Assembly (NCBI GenBank): GCA_963823335.1
Contig: CAWGLD010000001.1
Span: 1,440,001-1,504,000, forward strand
Length of the DNA: 64,000 bases
Origin: an uncultured delta proteobacterium
GTDB lineage: Bacteria; Desulfobacterota; Desulfobacteria; Desulfobacterales; B30-G6
Direction: 5' to 3'
The number at the start of each line of letters is the position of its first letter. The first letter of the stretch is position 1. Both the position numbers and the translations under genes were made by a program. Positions 1-9,217 of this stretch are shown one piece after another. The notes beneath the pieces were generated by a model. The model ran no database searches, was not told the origin of the DNA, and was given only the letters and a program-made list of their open reading frames with translations.

Positions 1-1
1 T

Positions 2-862
2 ATCGGATTCGCAAATGCATCTGAATTTTCGAAATATTTATTAAAACAGCATCAAAGGCGAGACCCGAAACTGGCATTGCCAGGTGCAAGATCAATAATA
101 GTAGCTGGCATCTATATTGGCGGTATAACGATGCCTGAATGGGACAACCCCTGGTATGGCCGAACAAGCAGGTTGTATCTTTCGGAGTATTTTCTTGATG
201 TGGTGAAACCACTTGAGCCAATTTCCGATTTCCTAAAGACGAAAGGGTATCAATCCATAGTTTGTGATGGTTCAATGGAAGGCGGTTCCATTATTCCTTT
301 GAAACTTGCGGCAATACGAGCAGGCATAGGGTGGCAAGGCAAGCATTCCCTGCTTATATCAAAGAAGTTTGGGACGTTTTTAGCGCTTGGGGGAATTATA
401 ACTGATGCCGCTTTAGATCATAACGCCATTGAAGAGCCGGACAGATGTCGCAATTGTGATAAATGTCAAACAGCCTGTCCCATGGCGGCCCTCGATCAAT
501 CCTATGTTTTGAATGTCAAAAAGTGTATGTCGTATCAATTACAGGTTGATGGACTGTCCGAAGAAGCTCAAGCAGCAATGGAGAATAGAGTGGGTGATTG
601 TGAGATATGCCAGGATGCCTGCCCTTGGAACGGAAAGCACGTTAAATCTCCCTTATTTACAAAGATGACCGATCATTTTCATGAGAAAATTGTGGAATGG
701 GGAGATTCTTTCTACTTGCCGAATTTAAGAAAATTGTCCGAAAATGGATATAAGGATATGTTCGATCACCTTAACACGGGCATTTCCTACGATCTTTTTC
801 ATCGGAATGTTTTAATCGCAATGGAGAAAGCGGAAAAAATTACAGGAAAGACAAACAAATAG
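2..862 (+). CDS. QueG-like (epoxyqueuosine reductase family) 2x[4Fe-4S] protein, 5' end outside the window
   Basis: The frame is open from base 2 (IGFANASEF...DPKLALPGARSIIV). Motifs AAIRAGIGWQGKHSLLI, CRNCDKCQTACP and CEICQDACPWN are typical of the QueG family. Confidence 0.75.
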   Translation: MGFANASEFSKYLLKQHQRRDPKLALPGARSIIVAGIYIGGITMPEWDNPWYGRTSRLYLSEYFLDVVKPLEPISDFLKTKGYQSIVCDGSMEGGSIIPLKLAAIRAGIGWQGKHSLLISKKFGTFLALGGIITDAALDHNAIEEPDRCRNCDKCQTACPMAALDQSYVLNVKKCMSYQLQVDGLSEEAQAAMENRVGDCEICQDACPWNGKHVKSPLFTKMTDHFHEKIVEWGDSFYLPNLRKLSENGYKDMFDHLNTGISYDLFHRNVLIAMEKAEKITGKTNK

Positions 863-877
863 AAAATACGGATACAC

Positions 878-1285
878 ATGGAATTAGAACTAAGTTTGGA
901 AGACGATATTGCAACTGACGAGGTAATTGCGCTCTATAAAGCCAATGGTTGGTCATCAGCAGAAAAGCCTGAGAAATTAATATCGGCACTAAATAATTCT
1001 GATGCATTGGTTACAGCCAGAATTTCAGGAAAGCTTGTTGGGATTGGAAATGCAATTTCTGATGGCAGCTTGGTTGTCTACTACCCACATATGCTTGTGC
1101 ATCCAACCTATAAGGGTAAAGGCATTGGACGGACCATGATGAAGCTTTTACAACAGAAATATGCGTCATTTCACCAGCAAATGTTAACCGCTGATGTCGA
1201 TGCTGTTGGATTCTACAAATCTTTAGGTTTTGATCGAGCTGGAAAAACAGTGTTCATGTGGATCTATGACGGAGATGAGCATTGA
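878..1285 (+). CDS. GNAT family N-acetyltransferase
   Basis: Acetyl-CoA motif VHPTYKGKGIG and AVGFYKSLGF; 135 aa. Confidence 0.9.
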   Translation: MELELSLEDDIATDEVIALYKANGWSSAEKPEKLISALNNSDALVTARISGKLVGIGNAISDGSLVVYYPHMLVHPTYKGKGIGRTMMKLLQQKYASFHQQMLTADVDAVGFYKSLGFDRAGKTVFMWIYDGDEH

Positions 1286-1397
1286 TACCATATATGGTGG
1301 GGTCTACTATCAAGAAAATTCTTTGATTACTGGCATGAGTTATCAGCGACCCTTCTAAGGGGCTATTCATCTCTAAATCCATTCCATAGGAGCGTTC

Positions 1398-1556
1398 ATG
1401 CATTTGATAATGTTTAATATGGATGGCATTTTGCTTAAATCCAATACTCTGGATGTAGATTGTTTTTATAGTGCCTTCCACAGTGTCATGAGCCTCGAGG
1501 CATCGAAGGAAACTGGACGATTGGGGGAGATCGCAAACCCCAAACCCAGATTGTAG
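1398..1556 (+). pseudogene. Truncated HAD-superfamily hydrolase remnant
   Basis: GGAG RBS, then MHLIMFNMDGILLKSNTLDVDCFYSAF, resembling HAD motif I (hhhFDxDGTL) with the catalytic Asp replaced by Asn. It stops after 52 codons. Confidence 0.55.
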
Positions 1557-1723
1557 CAGTCGAAGAGCCTGGCGGGATCGTTCCCCTTGGCCTGGATCGA
1601 TTGTTTGACAGGTGTATCGAATAAGTGATGGAAATCGATTTAGAATGTGAACCCTTGTGGCGAAAGAGTGTCCGTCGGAAAACACAGTTAGCCTGACCCC
1701 ATATCCAGATATTGTGATGCAAT

Positions 1724-3019
1724 ATGCCAGAAAATCATAATCTCAGATCAGTTTACTTAACATCGCGATCCCCGGCTGATTTTTACGGCTGGTGGATTGT
1801 TGTTGCCGGATCGATCGTATTGTTTGTGTCTTCGGGGATTGGATTCTACGGTCATGGCGTCATCCTGGACCCGTTACGGGGCATTCATGGCTGGTCAAAG
1901 GGAACTATTTCTTCGGCCATCACCCTTTTCTTTTTTTCCAACGGTATAATCGGTCTCATCATTGGACGCTGGATGGACCGTTACGGTCCAAAATGGTTCC
2001 TTGTCTGTGGGTCGGTCGTTTTCGGAATAAGCCTGTGGGCCCTGAACTGGATTGTCTCGGTTCCTCAGCTTTTTTTCACATACCTGATGATGTCGGTCGG
2101 TTTCTGTGCTACGTCACTCGTACCGGTCAACACCCTGATCACCAACTGGTTTATTCGTAAACGTGGATTGGCCATGAGTATTGCCAATACCGGTCTCAGT
2201 GTCGGTGGCGTCATTCTGGTACCTTTGGCCAGCTATCTTATCATTCATAAAGGGTTGCAGATTGCCCTACCTGTACTGGGGTGTATTTACAGCCTGGTCA
2301 TTATTCCCGTGGCTTTATTCTTCATAAAGCAAAAGCCGTCAGACATGGGTCAGTACCCAGACGGGGTAGCTCCTTACAGTACGATTCAGCGCGGCGGGGT
2401 AAAGATTGCCGCCGACCAGATGCAGGTGTGGACCCGTAGGCAGGCTATGAAAACCATGGCCTTCTGGTCCATCGCGCTTGCCTTCATGCTCGCTCTTGGA
2501 GGGCAGATTGCCTATTTGATTCACCAGGTTTCATTTCTCGGTCAGTACCTGGGCCCACAGAAAGCTGCCATGGCGGTCAGCATAACTGCTGCTGCCAGTA
2601 TTACGGGCCGTCTAATGCTGGGAACGTTTGTGGATCGCTGCGACAAGCGTTATGTGGCCATGGGCTGCTTTTTTATACAGGGCCTGGCCGTTCTATTGCT
2701 TGCCCATTTTACTCATGTTGCGCTGCTTTATCTGTGTACCTTTGCCTTCGGGCTGACCATGGGGTCCATCATCATGCTGCAATCTTTGATCATCGGCGAG
2801 TGTTTCGGGATTCCTTCTTTTGCAACGGTTTCCGGCGCAATAGGATTGTTTTCCATGCCAGGTGCGGCTTTTGGCCCGCTGATTGCGGGTGTAATATTCG
2901 ACGCGGTTCTAAGCTACCAGACGGCCTTTAATCTCTTTGCATATGCCAGCTTTGTGGCCATGGTGGTTATTTTTTTTGCCAGACCGGTCGGTGTGGATGG
3001 GAAAAAGACAACTAGCTGA
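1724..3019 (+). CDS. MFS transporter (OFA/monocarboxylate-like)
   Basis: About 12 hydrophobic segments; FYGWWIV N-terminus, GRWMDRYGPK motif A, WFxRKRGLA. Confidence 0.9.
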   Translation: MPENHNLRSVYLTSRSPADFYGWWIVVAGSIVLFVSSGIGFYGHGVILDPLRGIHGWSKGTISSAITLFFFSNGIIGLIIGRWMDRYGPKWFLVCGSVVFGISLWALNWIVSVPQLFFTYLMMSVGFCATSLVPVNTLITNWFIRKRGLAMSIANTGLSVGGVILVPLASYLIIHKGLQIALPVLGCIYSLVIIPVALFFIKQKPSDMGQYPDGVAPYSTIQRGGVKIAADQMQVWTRRQAMKTMAFWSIALAFMLALGGQIAYLIHQVSFLGQYLGPQKAAMAVSITAAASITGRLMLGTFVDRCDKRYVAMGCFFIQGLAVLLLAHFTHVALLYLCTFAFGLTMGSIIMLQSLIIGECFGIPSFATVSGAIGLFSMPGAAFGPLIAGVIFDAVLSYQTAFNLFAYASFVAMVVIFFARPVGVDGKKTTS

Positions 3020-4199
3020 AATCGCCAATCTGCATCATGCGATTTTCCACAAGACGCTCATTCATATAGGTGGCATCTGCACCGATTTCCCGTGCCAGGT
3101 GCTTCATCTGATCGACACTGATGATGTTCTCTTCCGAAAAGAGGTAGATGAGCGCCTTTTCAGCAATACAGCTCACCTTCAGGGCATTCATCATGATTCG
3201 CTCCGGGTTTTTGACCTGGATATACTTTTGTATGAAATGCTTGTAGAGCGCCGAGTGTTCGATATGGTTTTTCAATAGATCGAGCTCATTTTTCAATGGA
3301 CTTAGATCTCCTCCGTAGGCTTTTTCTCCGAGCGGTTTCAAGACCATAAAGGCATATTCTTTTCCGGGTAGATAGTGATGATGGTCGCAACGGGTGGAAT
3401 AGTTGGGTGTTTTGGGATCTTCACTGTGTTTATCACCGCCCACGATGATGAGAGGATCGAAATAGAGGGCCGGGCATTCAATACCGTCCACCGCGTAGTA
3501 GCGGTAGGTATAATAGGAATCGGTGATACAGTCCGGATGCTCGCAATACGCGGTGAGGGGGATCACGTCGGTGGATTCCTCCATGATGAGTCTTGCCGTT
3601 CGGTTGAAGATGTCTTTGCGGAAGTTGAGAATGAGCATGGGGAATATGAAATTTAGCAGATCCTGTTTGGCCCGGCGGGCGATAACATAGGCGATGCGTT
3701 CGTCAAAGAACTCCACCTCGTCCACGATCCATGTCCCAACGGTCAGGTTGTTTTCAAATACCTTTTCGAGTCCAAAGGAATCCGAGATGCTGGCAATATT
3801 GTTTCCCAGTTCGACATGTCCCCCCCGGTAGGCGATGGATTTGGTGGGACTGTCCCCGAAGCGTTTGTCGTCAATTTTTGAACGCACGTAAAAGACATTA
3901 CGCAGATCGACCTGACCGCTGGTGGTGAGCATTCTCACCCGGGCGGATTTCTGCATCGCCACTTGAGAGTCGCGATATATCCGGGCAGAGTACTCGGTCT
4001 TGCCGGATCCCATGGGACCGATGATCAGTGTCCGGCGATCGGGTTGGGTAAAGTCGAAGTGATTGATGGCATGATGGATCTGAAGATCAGGAAAACCCAA
4101 GCTTTTTAAAAAGTGGCGTGTCTGAACAGAATTTTCGGTGAGTGCCAATATATTCTCCTTTAAGACCCTTATTAGCCTTCGGCGGTCATTAGTAGTCAT
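3012..4199 (-). CDS. tdk: Thymidine kinase, long form with C-terminal extension
   Basis: Walker A GPMGSGKT, Walker B WIVDEVEFF, NFRKDIF, TAYCEHPDC, IIVGG and YSTRCDHHH (TK1-type motifs); lies in a nucleoside cluster. Confidence 0.8.
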   Translation of the reverse strand: MTTNDRRRLIRVLKENILALTENSVQTRHFLKSLGFPDLQIHHAINHFDFTQPDRRTLIIGPMGSGKTEYSARIYRDSQVAMQKSARVRMLTTSGQVDLRNVFYVRSKIDDKRFGDSPTKSIAYRGGHVELGNNIASISDSFGLEKVFENNLTVGTWIVDEVEFFDERIAYVIARRAKQDLLNFIFPMLILNFRKDIFNRTARLIMEESTDVIPLTAYCEHPDCITDSYYTYRYYAVDGIECPALYFDPLIIVGGDKHSEDPKTPNYSTRCDHHHYLPGKEYAFMVLKPLGEKAYGGDLSPLKNELDLLKNHIEHSALYKHFIQKYIQVKNPERIMMNALKVSCIAEKALIYLFSEENIISVDQMKHLAREIGADATYMNERLVENRMMQIGDFS

Positions 4200-4248
4200 T
4201 TGTCCTATCGGACGACATTAGCGCTTTGCGCGTCATTTATTGTTGTTG

Positions 4249-4881
4249 TCAACCACTAAAACCGGTCGCTATGTTTTCGGCCAGGGCTTCATAAAACCTT
4301 CCCACATGAATTCCATCCACCAGTGCGTGATGGACCTGCACGCTTACCGGTATGGTCTTGTTGGATCCCTGGCTATCCAGCTTTCCCCATGATATTCTTG
4401 GAATACAGTCATCCGGTCCGCCATGAGGGTTGGTCAAGGCCGTGAAATTCATCCAGGGCAGACAGCTTAAAAAAATCCATTCATCTGAGGTGTCGATGTG
4501 TTCCTGCAGCCTATTCTGCTGTTTGGCTTTTTCCAGGGCGTCCACACAACTTGCGTTGAATGCCTTCCACTCCGGTACATATTCGATACCGCAAAAAGCG
4601 AACCGGTCATCGTTGAGGGGCACCGTGACGGAGGCGTTGACCACATGGTGTTCGACAACGGTATCTTTACGGAATCGCAACCGTAGTTCCGGGACAGCAT
4701 TGGCGGCAGTCATGATACAGTAGAGAAAGGCATTGAAAAAGGAAAGGCCCTCTTTTTCTCTCTGCTTTACCAGCGCCGCTACATGCACACTTGCGGTGAT
4801 ACTGAAATGAGGTGCCGGAAGTTGTTTAAAAAAATCAAACTGGCTCTTTCTGGGCCAGGTTGCCATATCAATGATGTTCAT
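4249..4881 (-). CDS. CatA-like O-acetyltransferase (chloramphenicol acetyltransferase family)
   Basis: W.RK..F.FF N-terminus, SCLPWMNF, PRISWGK and catalytic VHHALVDGIH; 210 aa. Confidence 0.88.
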   Translation of the reverse strand: MNIIDMATWPRKSQFDFFKQLPAPHFSITASVHVAALVKQREKEGLSFFNAFLYCIMTAANAVPELRLRFRKDTVVEHHVVNASVTVPLNDDRFAFCGIEYVPEWKAFNASCVDALEKAKQQNRLQEHIDTSDEWIFLSCLPWMNFTALTNPHGGPDDCIPRISWGKLDSQGSNKTIPVSVQVHHALVDGIHVGRFYEALAENIATGFSG

Positions 4882-5005
4882 GATACTGTTTGCTCCCTTG
4901 ACAGCTTTCCATGCTGTATGCTTTACATTTAAAATTCAAAGCCCTTGGTATGTCAACAGTTATCCTCCCGGGGTGAGTGCTTCAGAAGCACAAAAAAGGA
5001 TACCC

Positions 5006-5878
5006 ATGAACGAGCAGATTCGAATCGGTATTATCGGCGGCAGCGGTCTTTATGACATGGACGCGCTTTCCAGCGTCACCACGGTGTCGGTTGCGACACC
5101 TTTCGGACATCCGTCGGACGACTTTGTGATCGGCACGCTTCAAGGTGTGCGGGTCGCTTTTTTGCCCAGACACGGCCGGGGTCACCGGCACACGCCGTCG
5201 GAGGTCAATTTTAGGGCAAACATTTACGGATTTAAACAACTGGGTGTCTCACACATCATATCCGTCACAGCCGTGGGCAGCCTGAAAGAAGATATTCAGC
5301 CCCTCGACATGGTTATCCCCGACCAATTTTATGATCGCACCAGGAATCGCAAGAGCACCTTTTTTGGCGATGGACTGGCCGTCCATATTGCCTTTGCACA
5401 ACCCATATGCCCTGAACTTGCGACATTGCTTTATGAGACAGCCGTTGAAACAGGTGTCAAAACGCACAACGGCGGGACGCTCATATGTATCGAGGGGCCG
5501 GCCTTTTCTACCCGGGCGGAGTCGAATACGTATCGTCGGTGGGGAATGGACATCATCGGTATGACAAGCCTCCAGGAAGCAAAGCTGTCACGGGAGGCTG
5601 AAATCTGTTATGCGGCCTTGGCGCTGGTTACCGACTATGACTGCTGGCATGCGGATGCGTCCGGAGTGACGGTGGAAACAGTGCTACTGAACCTGAACAA
5701 AAACATTTCCCACGCCAAGAGGATACTGCAAAAGATCGTGCCGAAGATTCCGAAAACGAGGGACTGCCTTTGTGCCACGGCACTGGAAAATGCCATCATG
5801 ACGGATGTGCGTGACATTCCAGCAGAAACACGCAAGAAACTTGGTATTCTTGTAAATAAATACCTCCCACGGTCCTGA
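5006..5878 (+). CDS. mtnP: S-methyl-5'-thioadenosine phosphorylase
   Basis: IGIIGGSGLY, LPRHGRGH, EGPAFSTRAES, GMT and VTDYD motifs. Start moved to ATG 5006 behind an AAGGA RBS. Confidence 0.92.
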   Translation: MNEQIRIGIIGGSGLYDMDALSSVTTVSVATPFGHPSDDFVIGTLQGVRVAFLPRHGRGHRHTPSEVNFRANIYGFKQLGVSHIISVTAVGSLKEDIQPLDMVIPDQFYDRTRNRKSTFFGDGLAVHIAFAQPICPELATLLYETAVETGVKTHNGGTLICIEGPAFSTRAESNTYRRWGMDIIGMTSLQEAKLSREAEICYAALALVTDYDCWHADASGVTVETVLLNLNKNISHAKRILQKIVPKIPKTRDCLCATALENAIMTDVRDIPAETRKKLGILVNKYLPRS

Positions 5879-5952
5879 CTGAGGGAGGTATCTATGCCGA
5901 TTGCAAAAGAAAGCGACATCGTCGCATTCGATAAAACAGTTTTACGATTTTA

Positions 5953-6798
5953 TCAGGGTTGATAATCCCAGCGCCGGAGATGGTCTTTTCTCATCTTGTC
6001 TTTCTCTGCCGGGCTCGCCCCCCAGTTGCCATTGTAAACGGCACCTTCCCAGTCGCCATACATGGGGTTCGGAATCAGGATAAACTTTTTGCCCCATGCT
6101 TCCTTGATCTTGTCCACCTCAGCAGAACGGGCATCAACCGGTTTCTTGCTGAAAACGTTTAGGAAGTCATTCAAGTTGTCACCCATGAGAAGAGCAATCT
6201 CATAATCCTTTTCCACCATATCCCTGCGGGGCTGTTTGTCGCTGGTATCGGTCCTGAACAGAAGATGCTGCTTGTCGATATAGGGGTATCCAAGGGCATC
6301 GAGTTTCTTGCTGGCATGTTCGTAATATTGCATTTTAATATTGGTGATGTAAAATACTTCAACGCCTTTTGATTTGGCGTAATTTAAAAAATCATGGGCG
6401 CCGGGATAAGCCGTGGCTTGGCCGGCTTCTTGCCACGGGCCCCAGGTTTTTGATGAATAACCAAAGTCATTCCCGATAAGAAACGCCTCATAGGCCGAGT
6501 TGTCAATCAGGGTTTCATCCACGTCAACACTGATAGCTATTTTTTTGGATCCGGAATACGAAGCCAGAAAAGCATCAAGATTCATCTTGGCCAGGTTAAA
6601 TGCCTGATAACACAATGCCTTGAATTCAGCGGAGGTCTGAACCCAGAGCGTCGCCATGACGAGCTGTTCGTTCAGGTCTTTTGTTGTGTAATGACTATCT
6701 GCGAAGCCGTTGTTTGTAAGTGGCCCTCCGATAGCGAGCATACCGGCTGCAACGAAAATGACAAAAAGTACACCAAGTTGTTTTTTAATTTTTTTCAT
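5953..6798 (-). CDS. Secreted 5'-nucleotidase / class C acid phosphatase, e(P4) family
   Basis: Signal peptide without a lipobox Cys; DVDETLIDNS, GDNLNDF and PNPMYGDWE motifs; GGAGG RBS before ATG 6798. Confidence 0.9.
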   Translation of the reverse strand: MKKIKKQLGVLFVIFVAAGMLAIGGPLTNNGFADSHYTTKDLNEQLVMATLWVQTSAEFKALCYQAFNLAKMNLDAFLASYSGSKKIAISVDVDETLIDNSAYEAFLIGNDFGYSSKTWGPWQEAGQATAYPGAHDFLNYAKSKGVEVFYITNIKMQYYEHASKKLDALGYPYIDKQHLLFRTDTSDKQPRRDMVEKDYEIALLMGDNLNDFLNVFSKKPVDARSAEVDKIKEAWGKKFILIPNPMYGDWEGAVYNGNWGASPAEKDKMRKDHLRRWDYQP

Positions 6799-7076
6799 AG
6801 GTTCGCCTCCTTTTTGGGTAATAATAGTGATATAAATTGTATTTCCGTTGGATATCAAGCTAATTTTCTTATTTGCAATTCTTTTTTATGAGCGACAACG
6901 TCGCGTCTTATATAGGGGTTGTCAGAAAAACGTTCCGATTGAGGACCTTTTTTCTGCTACAACCCCTTATGCCGCCATCCTATTTTCGGAACATTATTAT
7001 GACAAGCGGTATAAAAGCGTGAAACGTTTTTATTGAGGATCCTCTTGACCGACATGGTCGATTAAAATTACACTAC

Positions 7077-8264
7077 ATGCAAATGATTAACAGAATCATA
7101 CTTATTATTTTGGACAGCCTTGGCGTGGGTTCACTTCCCGATGCAGCCGTATTCGGCGATGCGGGGGCTGCTACGTTGCCGCACATCTACGCGCATCAAA
7201 ACAGGCTGGAAATCCCCCATTTATGTTCCCTGGGTCTGGGAGAAATCGTTTCCATCGGCTGCGGTCCCGGTACTGTTTCAGGCGCCTATGGCAAGATGGC
7301 GGAGCAATCGTCCAACAAGGACACCACTTCCGGGCACTGGGAGATTGCCGGTCTGGTTTCAAGAGAAGCCTTTCCGACCTATCCGGATGGATTTCCCTTG
7401 GATGTCATCCACACTTTCGAAGAAAAGATCGGGGTAAAAACCCTTGGAAATTATCCAAGATCCGGCACATTGATCCTGGAAGAATTGGGGCAACGCCACC
7501 TTGATACGGGTTTCCCGATCGTGTACACATCGGCCGATTCCGTATTCCAGATCGCTGCCCATGAGACGATTACCTCGTCGGAAACCCTCTATGGCTATTG
7601 CCGGATCGCCAGAAATATTTTGAAGGGTCCGCATTCCGTCGCAAGGGTGATTGCAAGACCTTTCAAGGGAAGACCGGGACAGTTTGAAAGAAAAAACAGC
7701 CAGCGAAAGGATTATTCCATTGAACCCCCTGCAAAAACGCTTCTGGATATCTTGCACAGCGCGGGGTTTCTGACGGTCGGCATCGGCAAAATCGGCGATA
7801 TTTTCGGCCACAGGGGACTTACGGAAGAGATCCACACCAATAACAACCTGCATGGCCTAGAGATGACCTGCGAAGCCATGCAGCGCCATGGAGATGGCAA
7901 AGGACTGATTTTCACCAATTTGGTGGACTTCGACATGCTCTACGGACACAGACGGGACGCAGAGGGCTATGCCATGGCGCTCCAACAGTTTGACGAAAAC
8001 CTGCCCCGAATCATCAACAGCATGTCGAGCAAGGATATTCTGATAATTACCGCCGACCACGGCTGCGACCCCACTTACACGCATCATACCGATCATACCC
8101 GGGAGTATGTACCCCTGCTGGTATACGGTGAAGCAGTCAAACAGGGGGTCGCCCTCGGTATTCGGGATACGTTTGCCGATTGCGGCCAGACCATCGCCGA
8201 TCTTCTGGGAGCGGGCAAGCTCCTTAACGGAAAGAGTTTCAAAGATGACATCGTATGCGAATGA
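7077..8264 (+). CDS. deoB: Phosphopentomutase
   Basis: ILDSLGVG, KDTTSGHWE, YTSADSVFQIAAH, NLVDFDMLYGHRRD, TADHGCDP and TDHTREYVP motifs. Confidence 0.97.
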   Translation: MQMINRIILIILDSLGVGSLPDAAVFGDAGAATLPHIYAHQNRLEIPHLCSLGLGEIVSIGCGPGTVSGAYGKMAEQSSNKDTTSGHWEIAGLVSREAFPTYPDGFPLDVIHTFEEKIGVKTLGNYPRSGTLILEELGQRHLDTGFPIVYTSADSVFQIAAHETITSSETLYGYCRIARNILKGPHSVARVIARPFKGRPGQFERKNSQRKDYSIEPPAKTLLDILHSAGFLTVGIGKIGDIFGHRGLTEEIHTNNNLHGLEMTCEAMQRHGDGKGLIFTNLVDFDMLYGHRRDAEGYAMALQQFDENLPRIINSMSSKDILIITADHGCDPTYTHHTDHTREYVPLLVYGEAVKQGVALGIRDTFADCGQTIADLLGAGKLLNGKSFKDDIVCE

Positions 8265-9072
8265 ACAGGTTATGGAGGCGGTTAGCTTTCTGAGACAGCG
8301 TCTTTCTGTGGCTCCGGCAGTCGGGATTGTCATGGGCAGCGGGCTGGGCGGACTTGTGGAAGAAATGGAGCGTCCCACCCGTATCCGGTATACAGACATA
8401 CCCCATTTCCCCGTATCTTCGGTAAAGGGGCATGCGGGTGAAGTCGTTGTGGGTTGTCTTTCAGGCAGGCATCTTTTCGCCCTTTCCGGAAGGGTCCATT
8501 GTTACGAAGGGCACCCGCTGGAAACCGTTGTGCTTCCGATAAAAGTCATGGCCTCTTTCGGCGTCAGGTATGTTATTTTGACCAATGCCGCCGGCGGTAT
8601 CAATCATAATTTTTCGCCCGGTGATATCATTGTCATCACCGACCATATGGATCTAATGTGGAACATTCCTCTGAAATCGTCCCTGGGATTGCAGCGTTCC
8701 AAAGAAATATACGATTCCACATGTAGAAAGAAGGCCGCTTGTGCTGCCGTGGAAGTTGGTGTAACACTCAAGACGGGTGTTTATGCTGCACTATCAGGCC
8801 CGTCCTATGAAACACCCGCAGAAATAAGGGCCCTGAGGATCATGGGCGCAGACATGGTGGGCATGTCAACCGTTCCGGAGGCGACTGAAGCGTGTCGATT
8901 GGGCATGAAGGTGCTGGGGTTTTCATTTATAACGAACCAGGCAGCTGGATTGAGCCAAACACCCCTATCGCATCAAGAGGTCATTGAAACCTCGCTACGC
9001 CATTTAGGGACCGTTAAAAAATTTATTAAACAGGTCATTAAAAACCTGGACCCGGCAACCACGGGCACCTGA
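8245..9072 (+). CDS. punA: Purine-nucleoside phosphorylase (trimeric PunA/XapA type)
   Basis: GSGLG, GHAG, GRVHCYEG, TNAAGG, GPSYETPAE, GMSTVPE and ITNQAAG motifs. The start is approximate and overlaps the end of deoB. Confidence 0.92.
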   Translation: MTSYANEQVMEAVSFLRQRLSVAPAVGIVMGSGLGGLVEEMERPTRIRYTDIPHFPVSSVKGHAGEVVVGCLSGRHLFALSGRVHCYEGHPLETVVLPIKVMASFGVRYVILTNAAGGINHNFSPGDIIVITDHMDLMWNIPLKSSLGLQRSKEIYDSTCRKKAACAAVEVGVTLKTGVYAALSGPSYETPAEIRALRIMGADMVGMSTVPEATEACRLGMKVLGFSFITNQAAGLSQTPLSHQEVIETSLRHLGTVKKFIKQVIKNLDPATTGT

Positions 9073-9086
9073 AATCGTTCAAGCCC

Positions 9087-9188
9087 TGAACCGAAAAAGC
9101 GAGCGCATTCCCCGTAGGTTCTGCCGTTCGGCAGTGCTTCGCATGCTGCGGGATTAGCGAGCGAATCTAAATTCGACAGAACTCCTTA
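9087..9188. repeat. Palindrome-rich dispersed repeat, copy 1 (partial)
   Basis: 102 bp matching the reverse complement of 45592-45693 with 4 mismatches by manual alignment; intergenic between punA and pdp. Confidence 0.92.
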
Positions 9189-9217
9189 TCGCGCGATAAC
9201 AACAGGTTATTAGTATC

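Noticed and set aside
1345-1400. CTCTAAATCC resembling the tRNA-Pyl anticodon loop
   Set aside because: The flanking bases do not form the anticodon stem, and no acceptor or T arm can be built.
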